Of a DNA stretch of 64,000 nucleotides, positions 1 through 10,395 are shown piece after piece (positions within the stretch are counted from its first letter, which is position 1; every line of letters starts with the position of its first letter). The stretch lies in the NCBI GenBank assembly GCA_002811645.1, contig PDIP01000039.1, forward strand, positions 171,061-235,060, read 5' to 3'. A program made the position numbers and the translations under genes. The DNA is from Corallochytrium limacisporum Hawaii (Eukaryota > Protista > Pluriformea). Below the pieces are notes generated by a model. The model was not told the origin of the DNA. It searched no databases and worked only from the letters and a program-made list of their open reading frames with translations.

Positions 1-2873
1 TTGCCTGATAGCGCCCCATACAGCCAAGCGACATTCGCAGATCCAGCCACACCACATGCAAAGAGACAAAGAGGCGTGTGGGCGTAGGGGAGACCATACA
101 GTGCCGCTAGGCAGTTCAGCGACATTGACAGCTGGCCCACGTAGGCCATTCGCAGGAATCGCCTCACAGACAGGGAGAACCCAGAGTAGGTGCGCAGCAG
201 AAACAGTGATGCTGTTGTAACGGACGCAAATGCTGGAGCCGCAAAATCGGCGTAGGATCCCACCACACCGCCGTGGTCTTGTCTCACCTTCCCCATCGCA
301 TAGATGACTTCATGAGTAGGGAGTCCTAAAGGATTCAAGATCAGTCCCAAAAAGTCTTTTCTCAGTCGGACTAGAGGGATAGACGGACGGAAGCCGATGC
401 AGCAGATCCCGACAACCAATGCAATGAAATTTATCCGGCGCATATGTAGATCCACAATGCTCACTCCGACGCATACAACTGATAGCGAAAGTTTAAAGTA
501 CCCAATAAGCAGCATGAGTCGCGTCTGCTGAGGTACTGCACCGTAGAAATCATTCTCATTGAAAACTTGAACCCAGAAAGCCAGCAGAAGGACTGCAATA
601 CCAGCCTCCATCCATCGCAGTTTTCTCACCGTATCCTTGTCTGCGATAATTCCATTGTTCTTCTGAATCGCACTGGCAGAAAGGGAACCGATCCCGATGA
701 TGGGAAGTGTGTGGACAACGACCAATAGTACAGCTGTGAATGTGTAGACGGTTGTGGGATCGTTCATTCCCGAAACGAGTATCAATTTGCCACCACCGAG
801 TGCAAGCACTATCCTGCCGACTGTTTTGTTGATCATTTTTGTGTATAGCAAATAAACGCACAACGCAGCGTTTATGATGGCTGTTGATATCAAAAACCAA
901 ACGGGATACATAGGTGTTTGCAGGAAAGACTCGTGACTCGACGGGGTCTGCGTGTAGATCTCCGCCCGATCCGCTGCCAGCGTGCACTCCAGAAAGAACG
1001 ATAACGACACCTCTGTCGCTACACAGATCCCTAAGATCTTCTCGATCCGTTTACGAGTCTCATTCCTCGAAACCCGGTGAATAGCCACCGAGCTAAAGCA
1101 AACTATCTGCAACGCTGCTGTAACCACCAGCATAACTGCCACAGCTTGCAATGACAACCCAGTACGGAAAGTATAGCGCAAGTCATATACTAACAGCACC
1201 ATGTCCCAGCCTCCGCAAGTGCATACACAGACAAGGAACAGGGCCGCCTTCTCCTTTGTCCAACCGGGATCCTTCATCACCCATGGCAGTGTCAGACCCA
1301 TGACACATGCCACAACGGTTGCAATAGTGATTGGCCACGGGGTCTGTAGAATCTGCGAGAGCGTATATCCAGCGAAGGAGGATAGAACAAGAGATACGTG
1401 CATGGGAATCAGTTTCGTTAGAATACCGACAAGGTACCCAAGGAAGCTGAAAGTCAACCAGGACACAACGAAGAAAAGCTCGAATCCCCATGTTGTGTAG
1501 TGTTCAAAGGGGAAAATGTTACCGCACATTTCAGTCATTACTGCTGAAAAACTGATTGTGACCAGCAGCACTCTGACTAGCTGCAAAAGATCGACATTTC
1601 CGACCCAAATGTGGTGGCGATCAATGGTTTCTGGAAAATCTTGATAAGCCGTAAGAGGCACATTCGCCAATCGTATCCAGAGTAGAGGCAAGAATACGTA
1701 GAGACCGAGGGAATAAACCATGCGCCAATCCCAGAACATGGCACTCAAAACAGTCACCAGGTCGTAGACGTCGCGGATGAGAAATTGCTGCCTAAATGCC
1801 GACCATTCGATTGCATTGAATACGGTTGCAGAGATAAGAGTATGGTACAGAAACAGAGACCTGTAAAAATACAGGAAAACAGTGGAACCTGTTGACAACC
1901 AAAGGCCCTGATAGACATCGTGTCCTTGCTTCAATCCCCACAGCGTACTCACGCTTAATAGCACAATGTTGATATCCACATAGCCGAAAATCATATTGCT
2001 TGGGTTTGCACCACCATAGTCTGCGTCTAGGGATGTTATCCGAAAGCAGCTGCGAAAGGATGACAGTCTCTGCAGATACGAAATCGGCATTAGGTATGTG
2101 AGTAACATCCACATGATACCTGTACACGCAAAAGGAAGTACAGCCTGCGTGGACATCCTAATTTTTGTAACCCATTTGCGAACATTTCTATCCGTACTAC
2201 TGACCCCAAAGCTGGCCGTGTAGTTGAGCAGTAGGGTCATCATCATTAGTGTGCGGAAGTACCGTGGAATCGGACCCATGAAAATAGCAATGGCACTGGG
2301 TGATGTTCCTGGTGCTACCCAGTCCTTACCAAACATGTCCGGTATACTAATTACCCAGAATGCTGCCAATGGTAATGCCCACACTCGAATTGTCCACAAC
2401 AATCCCCTGGTTATCTTGGACGGAAACAATCTATCATAGACTTCCGTGTCCATGAACCATCTTGTGCTAACTGTTAAGAAAGTAGCGAATACTAAAGGCC
2501 AGATCGATCCAACAGCTTGAGCAGTGAAGCCGAAATATAGTAGCGCAGGCGCCACCAGGGCAGCTTCTGCACTGCTGTATACTGTTGCTGCTGGCGTGCT
2601 AACATAACTTGATTTTGTCCGATCTGATATCACACTCGTTGACCCGTTTGAGTCTCCTGTGTGGCTAGAGACTCGGATAAGAGCAGATAAGTTCACTCCT
2701 GACAAAGACTGTTTTATAGTTCGCTGAATTTTTGGGCTCGACGGGAGAAAAGAACTTCTCTGCGATGACTCCACCGAAGGTGGGTGTGCAACACTCCTTG
2801 ATTGCTCTGATCCCCGCGACCTCATGCGACCGTTGACTGTTCCAGCCGAAGCATCCTCCGGTTTGCCTACCAT
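1..2873 (-). CDS. Large polytopic membrane protein, 3'-partial (>957 aa, runs off window); family not identified
   Basis: Manual translation of the minus frame from ATG 2873 (MVGKPEDASAG...) has no stop down to base 3. A Ser-rich N-tail of ~100 aa is followed by many hydrophobic segments (e.g. LLWTIRVWALPLAAFWVISIP, WGFELFFVVSWLTFSFLGYLVGIL). Absent from the ORF track because its stop lies outside the window. Confidence 0.85.
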   Translation of the reverse strand, partial: MVGKPEDASAGTVNGRMRSRGSEQSRSVAHPPSVESSQRSSFLPSSPKIQRTIKQSLSGVNLSALIRVSSHTGDSNGSTSVISDRTKSSYVSTPAATVYSSAEAALVAPALLYFGFTAQAVGSIWPLVFATFLTVSTRWFMDTEVYDRLFPSKITRGLLWTIRVWALPLAAFWVISIPDMFGKDWVAPGTSPSAIAIFMGPIPRYFRTLMMMTLLLNYTASFGVSSTDRNVRKWVTKIRMSTQAVLPFACTGIMWMLLTYLMPISYLQRLSSFRSCFRITSLDADYGGANPSNMIFGYVDINIVLLSVSTLWGLKQGHDVYQGLWLSTGSTVFLYFYRSLFLYHTLISATVFNAIEWSAFRQQFLIRDVYDLVTVLSAMFWDWRMVYSLGLYVFLPLLWIRLANVPLTAYQDFPETIDRHHIWVGNVDLLQLVRVLLVTISFSAVMTEMCGNIFPFEHYTTWGFELFFVVSWLTFSFLGYLVGILTKLIPMHVSLVLSSFAGYTLSQILQTPWPITIATVVACVMGLTLPWVMKDPGWTKEKAALFLVCVCTCGGWDMVLLVYDLRYTFRTGLSLQAVAVMLVVTAALQIVCFSSVAIHRVSRNETRKRIEKILGICVATEVSLSFFLECTLAADRAEIYTQTPSSHESFLQTPMYPVWFLISTAIINAALCVYLLYTKMINKTVGRIVLALGGGKLILVSGMNDPTTVYTFTAVLLVVVHTLPIIGIGSLSASAIQKNNGIIADKDTVRKLRWMEAGIAVLLLAFWVQVFNENDFYGAVPQQTRLMLLIGYFKLSLSVVCVGVSIVDLHMRRINFIALVVGICCIGFRPSIPLVRLRKDFLGLILNPLGLPTHEVIYAMGKVRQDHGGVVGSYADFAAPAFASVTTASLFLLRTYSGFSLSVRRFLRMAYVGQLSMSLNCLAALYGLPYAHTPLCLFACGVAGSANVAWLYGALSG

Positions 2874-3675
2874 TCTTGTAATTCCTGGAAATTATGGTGC
2901 ACCCCTGTTGTTCATTGTCACTGTGTTTTTCATTGTGTTTGTCATCGTGTTGGGTTTGGCCAAGAGGACTCGTTTGGTGCTACCACTACACCGCGTACTT
3001 TTTCCAACGAACTCAACTATGATCGCTGCACAGTTGTTGCCATTCATCCGCACATATTACCCTGTAATAGCTTTCTCTTCTGCTCTGCTTAAGGCCAACC
3101 GTGAAGGCTAATTGCCGTCCAGGCGAGCTTCTCGGGCAAAGGCACAATTGTCCGAAGTACACGATTGGTGTCAGGCTGTGTAGGAAGGTTGGGTTTCACC
3201 CGGTTCCCTCTTTCCAACCGGCACCCTTCAGCCATTCGTATAATCGGGAGTCTATTTAAACACTCACCGAGAACCCCGGGGGGGGGGGGAGAACCCCGGA
3301 GGGGGTAAGGATCTGTTGGAGATGGCCCACGGTGTGGCCCCCGTCGATCGCAAAGTGGCGCATTTAGTTTTTATTTGGGTGGCGCGGCCATTTGGGCCCC
3401 CTGACAGTGCTCTGCTGCAGAGAGGTTTCAACGGCCGTGGCGGTTTCGTGGCAAAAAGGGGAGGGGGAGAGGAACTGGGGGTGAGGAAGGCGGATTCTCT
3501 TTTTGTTGTGCTTTTTGATTGTGAGTGGTTCTCCACACGCAGAGTATCTTCTATACGGAAAGATGTCCTGAAACCGGGTTCTGAAACCGGGTATTTCGAG
3601 GCAGTTTTCATAATGACAATGATGAATCCTCCTTGGCGATATGGATTTTCCTTAACTCTACGGGATAGAATCAAC

Positions 3676-4926
3676 ATGATGAGGATACACAAGCCCTGGA
3701 CGACAGGGTTGTGCGTGCTGTTCGCTCTGGTGTTCCTAGCAGGACTACTGGCAGTCGACGCAAAGGATGTTGGCGGAAAGGGGCCCAGCATGGATGGAGA
3801 GCTCCTGCGACAATTAAAGGCCAGCTGGGCAAAATTCAAGGCCCACAGTGAGAAGTTCTTCGACGCGAATCCCCTGCTGAGCCTTAAGGGCATTGATGAA
3901 AGCGCAGAGCAAGTCGCCGAATACCTGCACAACAATGTCGCCGGTACAATCACCGAAGCCATGGAACGGTCCATGGATTTGGTGCGGGGCCGAGGCGCTG
4001 AGGAACTTCCTCTTCCAGTAAAGGCTTTGCTTGCCACAGCAGCGATCAGCAGCGCACCTACACTCCTTGTTATGCTTATCCCAGTCGGGTCGAACATCGA
4101 CGATTCCACGATCTTGAAGTTTTTATTGAGTTTTGCAGTAGGAGGCCTGCTCGGTGATGTTTTCCTGCATCTTTTGCCCCATAGTGGTGCTATGGGAGGA
4201 CACCACGACGATCATCACGGCGATCATCACGGCGGTCATCACGGCGGTCACCACAACGATCATCACGATGGTCATCACGACGACCACCACGGTCATGACC
4301 ACAGCCACGATCTCAACGGTGGACTGCTGATTCTTGCTGGCATTGCAGCATTTTTCTTCCTGGAACTTCTCACTCGTTGGCTTCAGCTAGTTTTGACAGG
4401 TAAGAGCGGGCACGGACACAGTCACGAGAATGGTCCAAAGCAAGTCAATGCCGCAGGGAAGAAGAAGATGGGCAGTGCTGCCTTGCTCAACATGCTTGCA
4501 GATTTTGCTCACAATGTAACTGACGGCATGGCCATCGGCGCAGCGTTCAGCATCTCAGAAACTGCTGGCTACAGCACGACCGCAGCCATCTTCTTCCACG
4601 AAGTTCCTCATGAAGTTGGCGACATCGCCATCCTCATTGAGTCCGGCTATTCAAAGTTTGCTGCCATGGCAATTCAATTCATGACTGCAGCAGGAGCGAT
4701 GTTGGGTACTTACTTGGGCTTGGAGGCTGCTGCTGCCGGAGCAGCAACCGGTGGTGTGGACTGGGTAGCACCCTTCACGGCAGGTGGGTTCATCTACATC
4801 GCGACAGCAGCCATCATTCCTGATCTGCTGGAGAGTGTCTCCTTTTTGCGAATCATCCTCTACATGTTGGGCATGTATCTCGGAGTGTTTGGCATGGTGG
4901 TTGTCGCCAAGCTGGAAGCATTGTAG
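3676..4926 (+). CDS. SLC39A7: ZIP-family zinc transporter, LIV-1/ZIP7 (KE4)-like
   Basis: Signal peptide after MMRIHKPW (ATG 3676 preferred to the track's 3316 start); LLSFAVGGLLGDVFLHLLPH; His-rich loop; ADFAHNVTDG; HEVPHEVGD motif. Confidence 0.93.
   Translation: MMRIHKPWTTGLCVLFALVFLAGLLAVDAKDVGGKGPSMDGELLRQLKASWAKFKAHSEKFFDANPLLSLKGIDESAEQVAEYLHNNVAGTITEAMERSMDLVRGRGAEELPLPVKALLATAAISSAPTLLVMLIPVGSNIDDSTILKFLLSFAVGGLLGDVFLHLLPHSGAMGGHHDDHHGDHHGGHHGGHHNDHHDGHHDDHHGHDHSHDLNGGLLILAGIAAFFFLELLTRWLQLVLTGKSGHGHSHENGPKQVNAAGKKKMGSAALLNMLADFAHNVTDGMAIGAAFSISETAGYSTTAAIFFHEVPHEVGDIAILIESGYSKFAAMAIQFMTAAGAMLGTYLGLEAAAAGAATGGVDWVAPFTAGGFIYIATAAIIPDLLESVSFLRIILYMLGMYLGVFGMVVVAKLEAL
4201..4311 (+). 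repeat. Degenerate 12-bp coding repeat encoding a His-rich (HHxD/HHGG)n loop
   Basis: catcacggcgat-like units; translation HHDDHHGDHHGGHHGGHHNDHHDGHHDDHHGHDHSHD. Confidence 0.85.
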
Positions 4927-4991
4927 AGCACATGATACTACATCGTCATCGTCAGTAACAATAATTTATTAAATGCTCCAGTACTGACCCT

Positions 4992-5741
4992 TTATGTTAC
5001 ATTAAGTCTACCAATCTTGACCTCAGCATCGGCCCGCAATGCCTTTTGCATCAAACGTGCACTCTCAAGGCAACCTTGAATTGCCATATTGAGCACTTGA
5101 GGGAACTTCGTACTGTGGACCCGACTTTCCATGTGAATGCCTACTAACTTCTTTGATGACGGCAAAGTGGAAACAACAAGGTTCGGACCTCCACTACCCT
5201 CCTCCATATAGTTCAAGTCTATCACTGGCTGTCCATCCAAGATAGATGCCGAGCAAGCCGCCACAATGTCCTTCATGGGAACTCCGCTACTAATCAAAGC
5301 CAAGGAAGCCGCATTGATAGCTGCGGCCCGAATACCTCCATCACTCTGCAGGATCTCAATGTAGATGTTGACCTTAGTCCGTGGGTACAAATGTGTCAGA
5401 ATGGCCCCATTGAAAGTTTGCTCAATTGCAAGTTCCAGTTCCCTACTCCGCTTTCCGCCCTTGCCACTGCGACGCAGACGTTCCATGCTGCTAAAGCGGG
5501 CAACACTCAGTTCGCACGACACCGTCAGCCGATCAGTGTCACCCCCAAACGCACTAGCTTCCTTTGGACCCGCGACGATGCAAATAATCTTGGTATTTCC
5601 TTGCTCCAAATATGCAGAACCGTCAACTTCCCCATCATCTGACTGAAATACTCCCAGTTTGCACTCAAATCGACGCAGTTCCTGCGGTCGGCGGCCATCG
5701 AGCCGCAGCCCATCTGGTGAGATGAACTCTTGCCGTGACAT
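4992..5741 (-). CDS. EXOSC4: Exosome core subunit RRP41 (RNase PH family)
   Basis: EFISPDGLRLDGRRPQELR, DGSAYLEQGNTK, LYPRTKVNIYIEILQSDGG, DLNYMEE. Confidence 0.95.
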   Translation of the reverse strand: MSRQEFISPDGLRLDGRRPQELRRFECKLGVFQSDDGEVDGSAYLEQGNTKIICIVAGPKEASAFGGDTDRLTVSCELSVARFSSMERLRRSGKGGKRSRELELAIEQTFNGAILTHLYPRTKVNIYIEILQSDGGIRAAAINAASLALISSGVPMKDIVAACSASILDGQPVIDLNYMEEGSGGPNLVVSTLPSSKKLVGIHMESRVHSTKFPQVLNMAIQGCLESARLMQKALRADAEVKIGRLNVT

Positions 5742-7125
5742 GGCAATCTATCTGAATATGTTCAGTTCTGCTACTGGTCTGGATGTTTCAGAGTTTCTGA
5801 TGAAGCAATTTCATTGTTCTACCCGCAGAATCACGTCGGAAACACATATATCGTCCTTGAAGCTCACCAATTCTCCGCCAACCGAATACCCATCGACCCA
5901 TATGTACTTTCAAGCAATACCCCCCCCCCCAACCTCAACCCAGGCGTTTGCACCCTCGCGCTTCGCAAAATAGATGTAACCCTAATCCATCATCAAACCT
6001 TAACGATCTTTCCCAGGACGGCACGGTTCTCGGCAGCCATAAAACAGTCGTGACCGGAACGGGTTCGGCAGACCCATCACTTCTTGCCAAAGTCTAATTA
6101 TTTTGCGCCTTCGCTTGTGGCCAAAATGTTTGTGCGCTAAGAAAGCAAATACAACTATCTCTTGTCGCGGGGGTGTCTATGAGAGTGGCGAGGGCTTCCG
6201 CTATGTGATGTCACAGGCGAATGGTGGCTGTTGCTCCGCCGGCGGGTCTGTGGTTGGTCCGCCGCTTATTCTGAAGCGTACACAAATGACTCTTGGTCAG
6301 GTGCTAGACAGAGATTAATCAACCCATAAAGAAGATTGACTGCACTTGCAAAGCCCTTTGGCTCTGTACCGTCCTCTCCATTGGAGCAAGGCATCCACAC
6401 ATTTTACTACCGTAACCGATTGCTTGTAGTGGAGCCTTGGCCGTCCAGAGATGGGATAGATGGCGAGCTAAGAACACAGGATGACCGCCCCCCTTCCTTT
6501 GTTTCAGCCCGGGTTGGTGGTCCCCGGGTTTTACACTTTGTTTTTGTTTTGCCTTGTTTGTTGTTTCCCTTCCCCGGTGTAGGAGAACTCCGAACCCACC
6601 CGTGAAAATCTGTGCCACTTGGGGCACACTGACTCAGCGAGTGGCTCACCCCGTCCGTGGCGCTTCGTGCACACACCCGAGGGTTAGAGTGCGGCAAGCA
6701 TAAACGGAGAGATGGGACGTGTACGACTTATATACATAAATAACTAAATCTAATCGGTACATGTCCCAAAGGTGTCATGACGAAGGCGATCCACAGTGGG
6801 AACTTTTGTCCTCTGCTTCGAGCTTCCTCCGCTGCCTTCACAATCAAAGTTAGGGGAAGAAAGCTGGGGTCTCCCGTCTCTCCACAAAGTGAGTTTTGTT
6901 ATGGAGCGCGGCTTGATTGCCGAAGTTTGGGAAACCGGTTTGTTCGGCTCTAGAGTGTGGATAAGTCGTGTCGCTGCTATCGAATGGACAGGGATGGTAC
7001 CTGATGATCTACAATGCGGATGTTTTTCGAAACCTTTGTGCAGTTCATTTGTGTCCGCAACGAAAAAGGCTCGGGAAGCTGACCGATCGCAGTATACGAC
7101 CACCGGGCAAAACAATAGATACAAT

Positions 7126-8568
7126 ATGAGTACTCTTTTGCGTCGCAACTCTGTTGAGGATGCGGAAGTTGCTGTTCGCAGTGCAGGTCTGCGCGCACAG
7201 TCTCGCAACATTCGTTTAACAGATATTCCATGGGATAGCTATGCCAACAGCAACATAATCAGTCGGGAGGATGCGGAGAACATTAAAATGATCGACAAAC
7301 TGGATGTCGATAGGCAAAAGCGTCTGTTTGAGAAGCAGGCGTCCGTATATGCACGCTTGTTTATGAGTCTGCTCACGAAGGTTAACAAAGAGAGCGTTAT
7401 TCAGTATGTACTTACCATGCTCGACGATATTCTAGCGGAAGGCAAAGCATGCGTGAGGGCTTTTCTGCAGATGCGTGATCAGAACTCCAGCCTGCCCTAC
7501 CAGCCGATGTTTGATCTGATGAAGCGCAATGACGTGTATACCAAACACACTGCGGCCAAGGTAATCTCTGAAATGATGGAGTTCGACAATGATGGTATGG
7601 CTGAGGAAGATCAACAGTTCTACTTGTCTTGGATCAGTGAGCACTTGCGCCAGCGGGATGAGCAACAGGTTCAAGAGGTTGTGATGTGTCTACAGCACCT
7701 TCTTCGCAAGGACTCATACCGTGTACTTTTTGCTAAGGGCACCCGTGGTGTTGAGACCCTTCTCGACGTTCTCACCAACCGGAAACCAAACTTCCAGATG
7801 CAGTACCAACTTCTGTTCTGCCTATGGCTCCTCTCCTTCAACAAAGAGGTTGTCAAGTACCTAGAGGGCACTCCCATTGTCTCTCGTTTGGCTGACATTC
7901 TCCGTAGCTCATCAAAGGAAAAAGTGTCACGCATTGCTCTGAGCATTTGTCGCAACCTCCTCGAGAAGAGTCAGAGCGAGGAGCCTCGCCTGCGCCGGAA
8001 GCGTGGAGACACTGAGGCCGATCAGATTGCTGTTAAGATGCTGAATGCCAAGATTTTGCACACCGTCCGCACCATGGAAACTCGTCAGTGGGCCGACGAA
8101 GATGTCCCCGATGATCTGGAGGCCATCCGCACGAAACTTGAAGATGCCTTGGAGGCTATGACAAGCTTTGATCTTTACGCTGCTGAAGTCCGCAGTGGAC
8201 GACTGGAATGGTCTCCTGTTCACCGCAGCGAGAAATTCTGGTATGAGAATGTCGAACTGTTCAACGAGAAGAGCCATGAGCTTCTGAAATTGCTGATTGA
8301 AGTTGTTAGCACATCCGACGACCCCACGGTGCTGGCTGTTGGCTGCCATGACCTGGGTGAATACGTGCGCCACTATCCGTTCGGTAAGAAGGCTTTGGAC
8401 GAACTAGGTGGTAAGGACACCATCATGGCCCTGATGAATCACTCCGACACGGCTGTCCGCTATGAGGCTCTTCTTGCCATCCAAAAGATGATGCTCAACA
8501 ATTGGGAAGTGACCGGAAAAATGGCCGAGGGTGTGGTCAAGGGCATTGTCGGCGTGAAGTCATCGTAA
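7126..8568 (+). CDS. ATP6V1H: V-type proton ATPase subunit H
   Basis: FQMQYQLLFCLWLLSF, KEKVSRI, FDLYAAEVRSGRLEWSPVHRSEKFWYEN, AVGCHDLGEYVRHYP, VRYEALLAIQKMM. ATG 7126 preferred as start. Confidence 0.96.
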   Translation: MSTLLRRNSVEDAEVAVRSAGLRAQSRNIRLTDIPWDSYANSNIISREDAENIKMIDKLDVDRQKRLFEKQASVYARLFMSLLTKVNKESVIQYVLTMLDDILAEGKACVRAFLQMRDQNSSLPYQPMFDLMKRNDVYTKHTAAKVISEMMEFDNDGMAEEDQQFYLSWISEHLRQRDEQQVQEVVMCLQHLLRKDSYRVLFAKGTRGVETLLDVLTNRKPNFQMQYQLLFCLWLLSFNKEVVKYLEGTPIVSRLADILRSSSKEKVSRIALSICRNLLEKSQSEEPRLRRKRGDTEADQIAVKMLNAKILHTVRTMETRQWADEDVPDDLEAIRTKLEDALEAMTSFDLYAAEVRSGRLEWSPVHRSEKFWYENVELFNEKSHELLKLLIEVVSTSDDPTVLAVGCHDLGEYVRHYPFGKKALDELGGKDTIMALMNHSDTAVRYEALLAIQKMMLNNWEVTGKMAEGVVKGIVGVKSS

Positions 8569-8737
8569 GTCTCATCTCTGTTCCTCATATTCGTATAACT
8601 CCTGAAAACATTCGGCGGATGTAATCCCGCCTCACTCGTGTACATAAGAATGGATCTCGTTGCGAGGACTTGCACCTCAATCCAATAGAAATCGTAAACT
8701 TGCAGAATTTATAGCTATGATACTGTACTGATTTAGT

Positions 8738-9601
8738 CTAGGTTTCTGGCTGCTTTGCATCGGCCACTCTCTTACGCAGCTCGATACGCAGATTGGCAAC
8801 CGTTCTTCGGAGGTCTTCGCGGCCAACCTGACTAGCCATGGAAATCTGTTCGAAGGCTATCGTCTCATTATTGTCATCTAGAACGTAGGTGTGATGCCCA
8901 CCCGCAGCATCCTCTTCTTCATATGTAGGGTCGAACAAAACGGTGTGATCGTCCCAGATGCGAAAAGTCACCGCTAGTGGACATCGCTTCAGCAAGTTGG
9001 AAGCCGATGTCGCTGTTCCAGTCCTCTGGAAAACACCGTCAACAATGTCTACAGACGGTAGAGCTAGATTAAGTAGAGCAGCACTGGCAGCAAGGAAAGC
9101 TGCATCGCATACATTTCCTGCATCGTTCAAAACCATGAGATCCACACTAATTATCCACTGCGCTCCGCAGTCTTCTAGGACAAGCTTCGAGTAGTCCAAA
9201 GTGTCTGGATTGCAATAGCTTTCCTGCAAAAGTCTGCTTAGCGATTGTGCATCATCAGGAGGTATACCAGGTGCAATATCTGGCCGGCAGAGAGGTGTAT
9301 ACTCCAGGTTGATGACCACAGACTCTGGTTCAGGAAGATTTCCCTCATCTGCTCCTGGAAACTCCGCGATCTGACAGGTCACCCCACAGACAACAAGCGT
9401 GCTTCCCAGTCTTACCAACGCGCTTGCTTCTGCACTGCCCCCGAGTCCATTAACTTCTATTACTATGTGTCTATATTCCAGGAAGCTACGTCCATCGGTC
9501 CGTTTGTTACTGTCAATGAACCGCTGCACAAATCTGCGAGGGTGTACCCGACGGAAAACCTCAATTCGGGTTTCCGAGTCCTGCTGATCAGTATTCGCCA
9601 T
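8738..9601 (-). CDS. EXOSC8: Exosome core subunit RRP43-like (RNase PH family)
   Basis: FRRVHPRRFVQRFIDSNKRTDGR, SALVRLGSTLVVCGV, LNDAGNVCDA, DPTYEEE. The N-terminus resembles RRP43 more than RRP42/45. Confidence 0.8.
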   Translation of the reverse strand: MANTDQQDSETRIEVFRRVHPRRFVQRFIDSNKRTDGRSFLEYRHIVIEVNGLGGSAEASALVRLGSTLVVCGVTCQIAEFPGADEGNLPEPESVVINLEYTPLCRPDIAPGIPPDDAQSLSRLLQESYCNPDTLDYSKLVLEDCGAQWIISVDLMVLNDAGNVCDAAFLAASAALLNLALPSVDIVDGVFQRTGTATSASNLLKRCPLAVTFRIWDDHTVLFDPTYEEEDAAGGHHTYVLDDNNETIAFEQISMASQVGREDLRRTVANLRIELRKRVADAKQPET

Positions 9602-10395
9602 GTTGAAAGTTCATACAGAGCTACATATCACCTACATTTTCTCATTGCGATCGGTACAGAAACGAATGCTTCAGCTGTTTGGACGGAATATGGACATGTG
9701 CGCATTAAACTACCCTGGCGCGCGGTCCGAGCAGACCCCGTGCGGCCTCCCCCCTCAACACCTCCACCACCCCAGCTTCCAGCGGGGTCGTCCCTATAGT
9801 CCCAGTAGGCCGCTTCTGACGTGTGGTACATTGTGTACTAGGAAATTTCGACTCGAGTTCCTCCCCCCTCAACGAAAATGTACCAGAGACTAACGGGGTG
9901 GTATAACCCCGCGGCGAAAAAGCCACTTTAGCGCTTGCAAACTTAAGGTTGGGAGCGGGCGGGTCTGTGGAACCGGCCCGGGTCGGAATGCCCCCTTCGC
10001 TGGGCAGTAAGGTTAGCCCCTAGCTAAACCGCAACAACAAAAAGGAAGCAGATTTCCATAGTGCCGGGGCCCAACCTGGACAGGCGACAGACAGTAGTGC
10101 TTTAATGGGGGGGAGGGGAGCGCAGAGAAGGAAAGGAGATGTTGGGCGAACGCCTATTGGTGGTCTTTCTTTTCTTTCAGAGTCCCTACGGTCCTTATTG
10201 TGATACGTCATGCTGGATCTAGAGATGGGCGGTGCCGGTTGTTTGGGGTCCATCGTGATCGTTTCGCGACTGGAATTGTCATGTATTGTCGTCGGAGCTG
10301 ACCTACTTAAGCTTAGAAGGTGTCAGGGAATGTGAAGCAAAGATCATGCTGGTAGAGATGTTTCTCGGTAGTCATCAGTAGAACCGTATTAAACC

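Noticed and set aside
3316-3675. N-terminal extensions in the ORF track (ZIP7; also V-ATPase H 6796-7125)
   Set aside because: Non-ATG starts running through promoter-like sequence; recognisable protein features begin at downstream ATGs.
3264-4109. Long antisense ORFs (also 16082-16873, 23822-24454, 39290-39835, 47308-48261)
   Set aside because: Shadows of codon-biased real genes on the opposite strand; no recognisable motifs.
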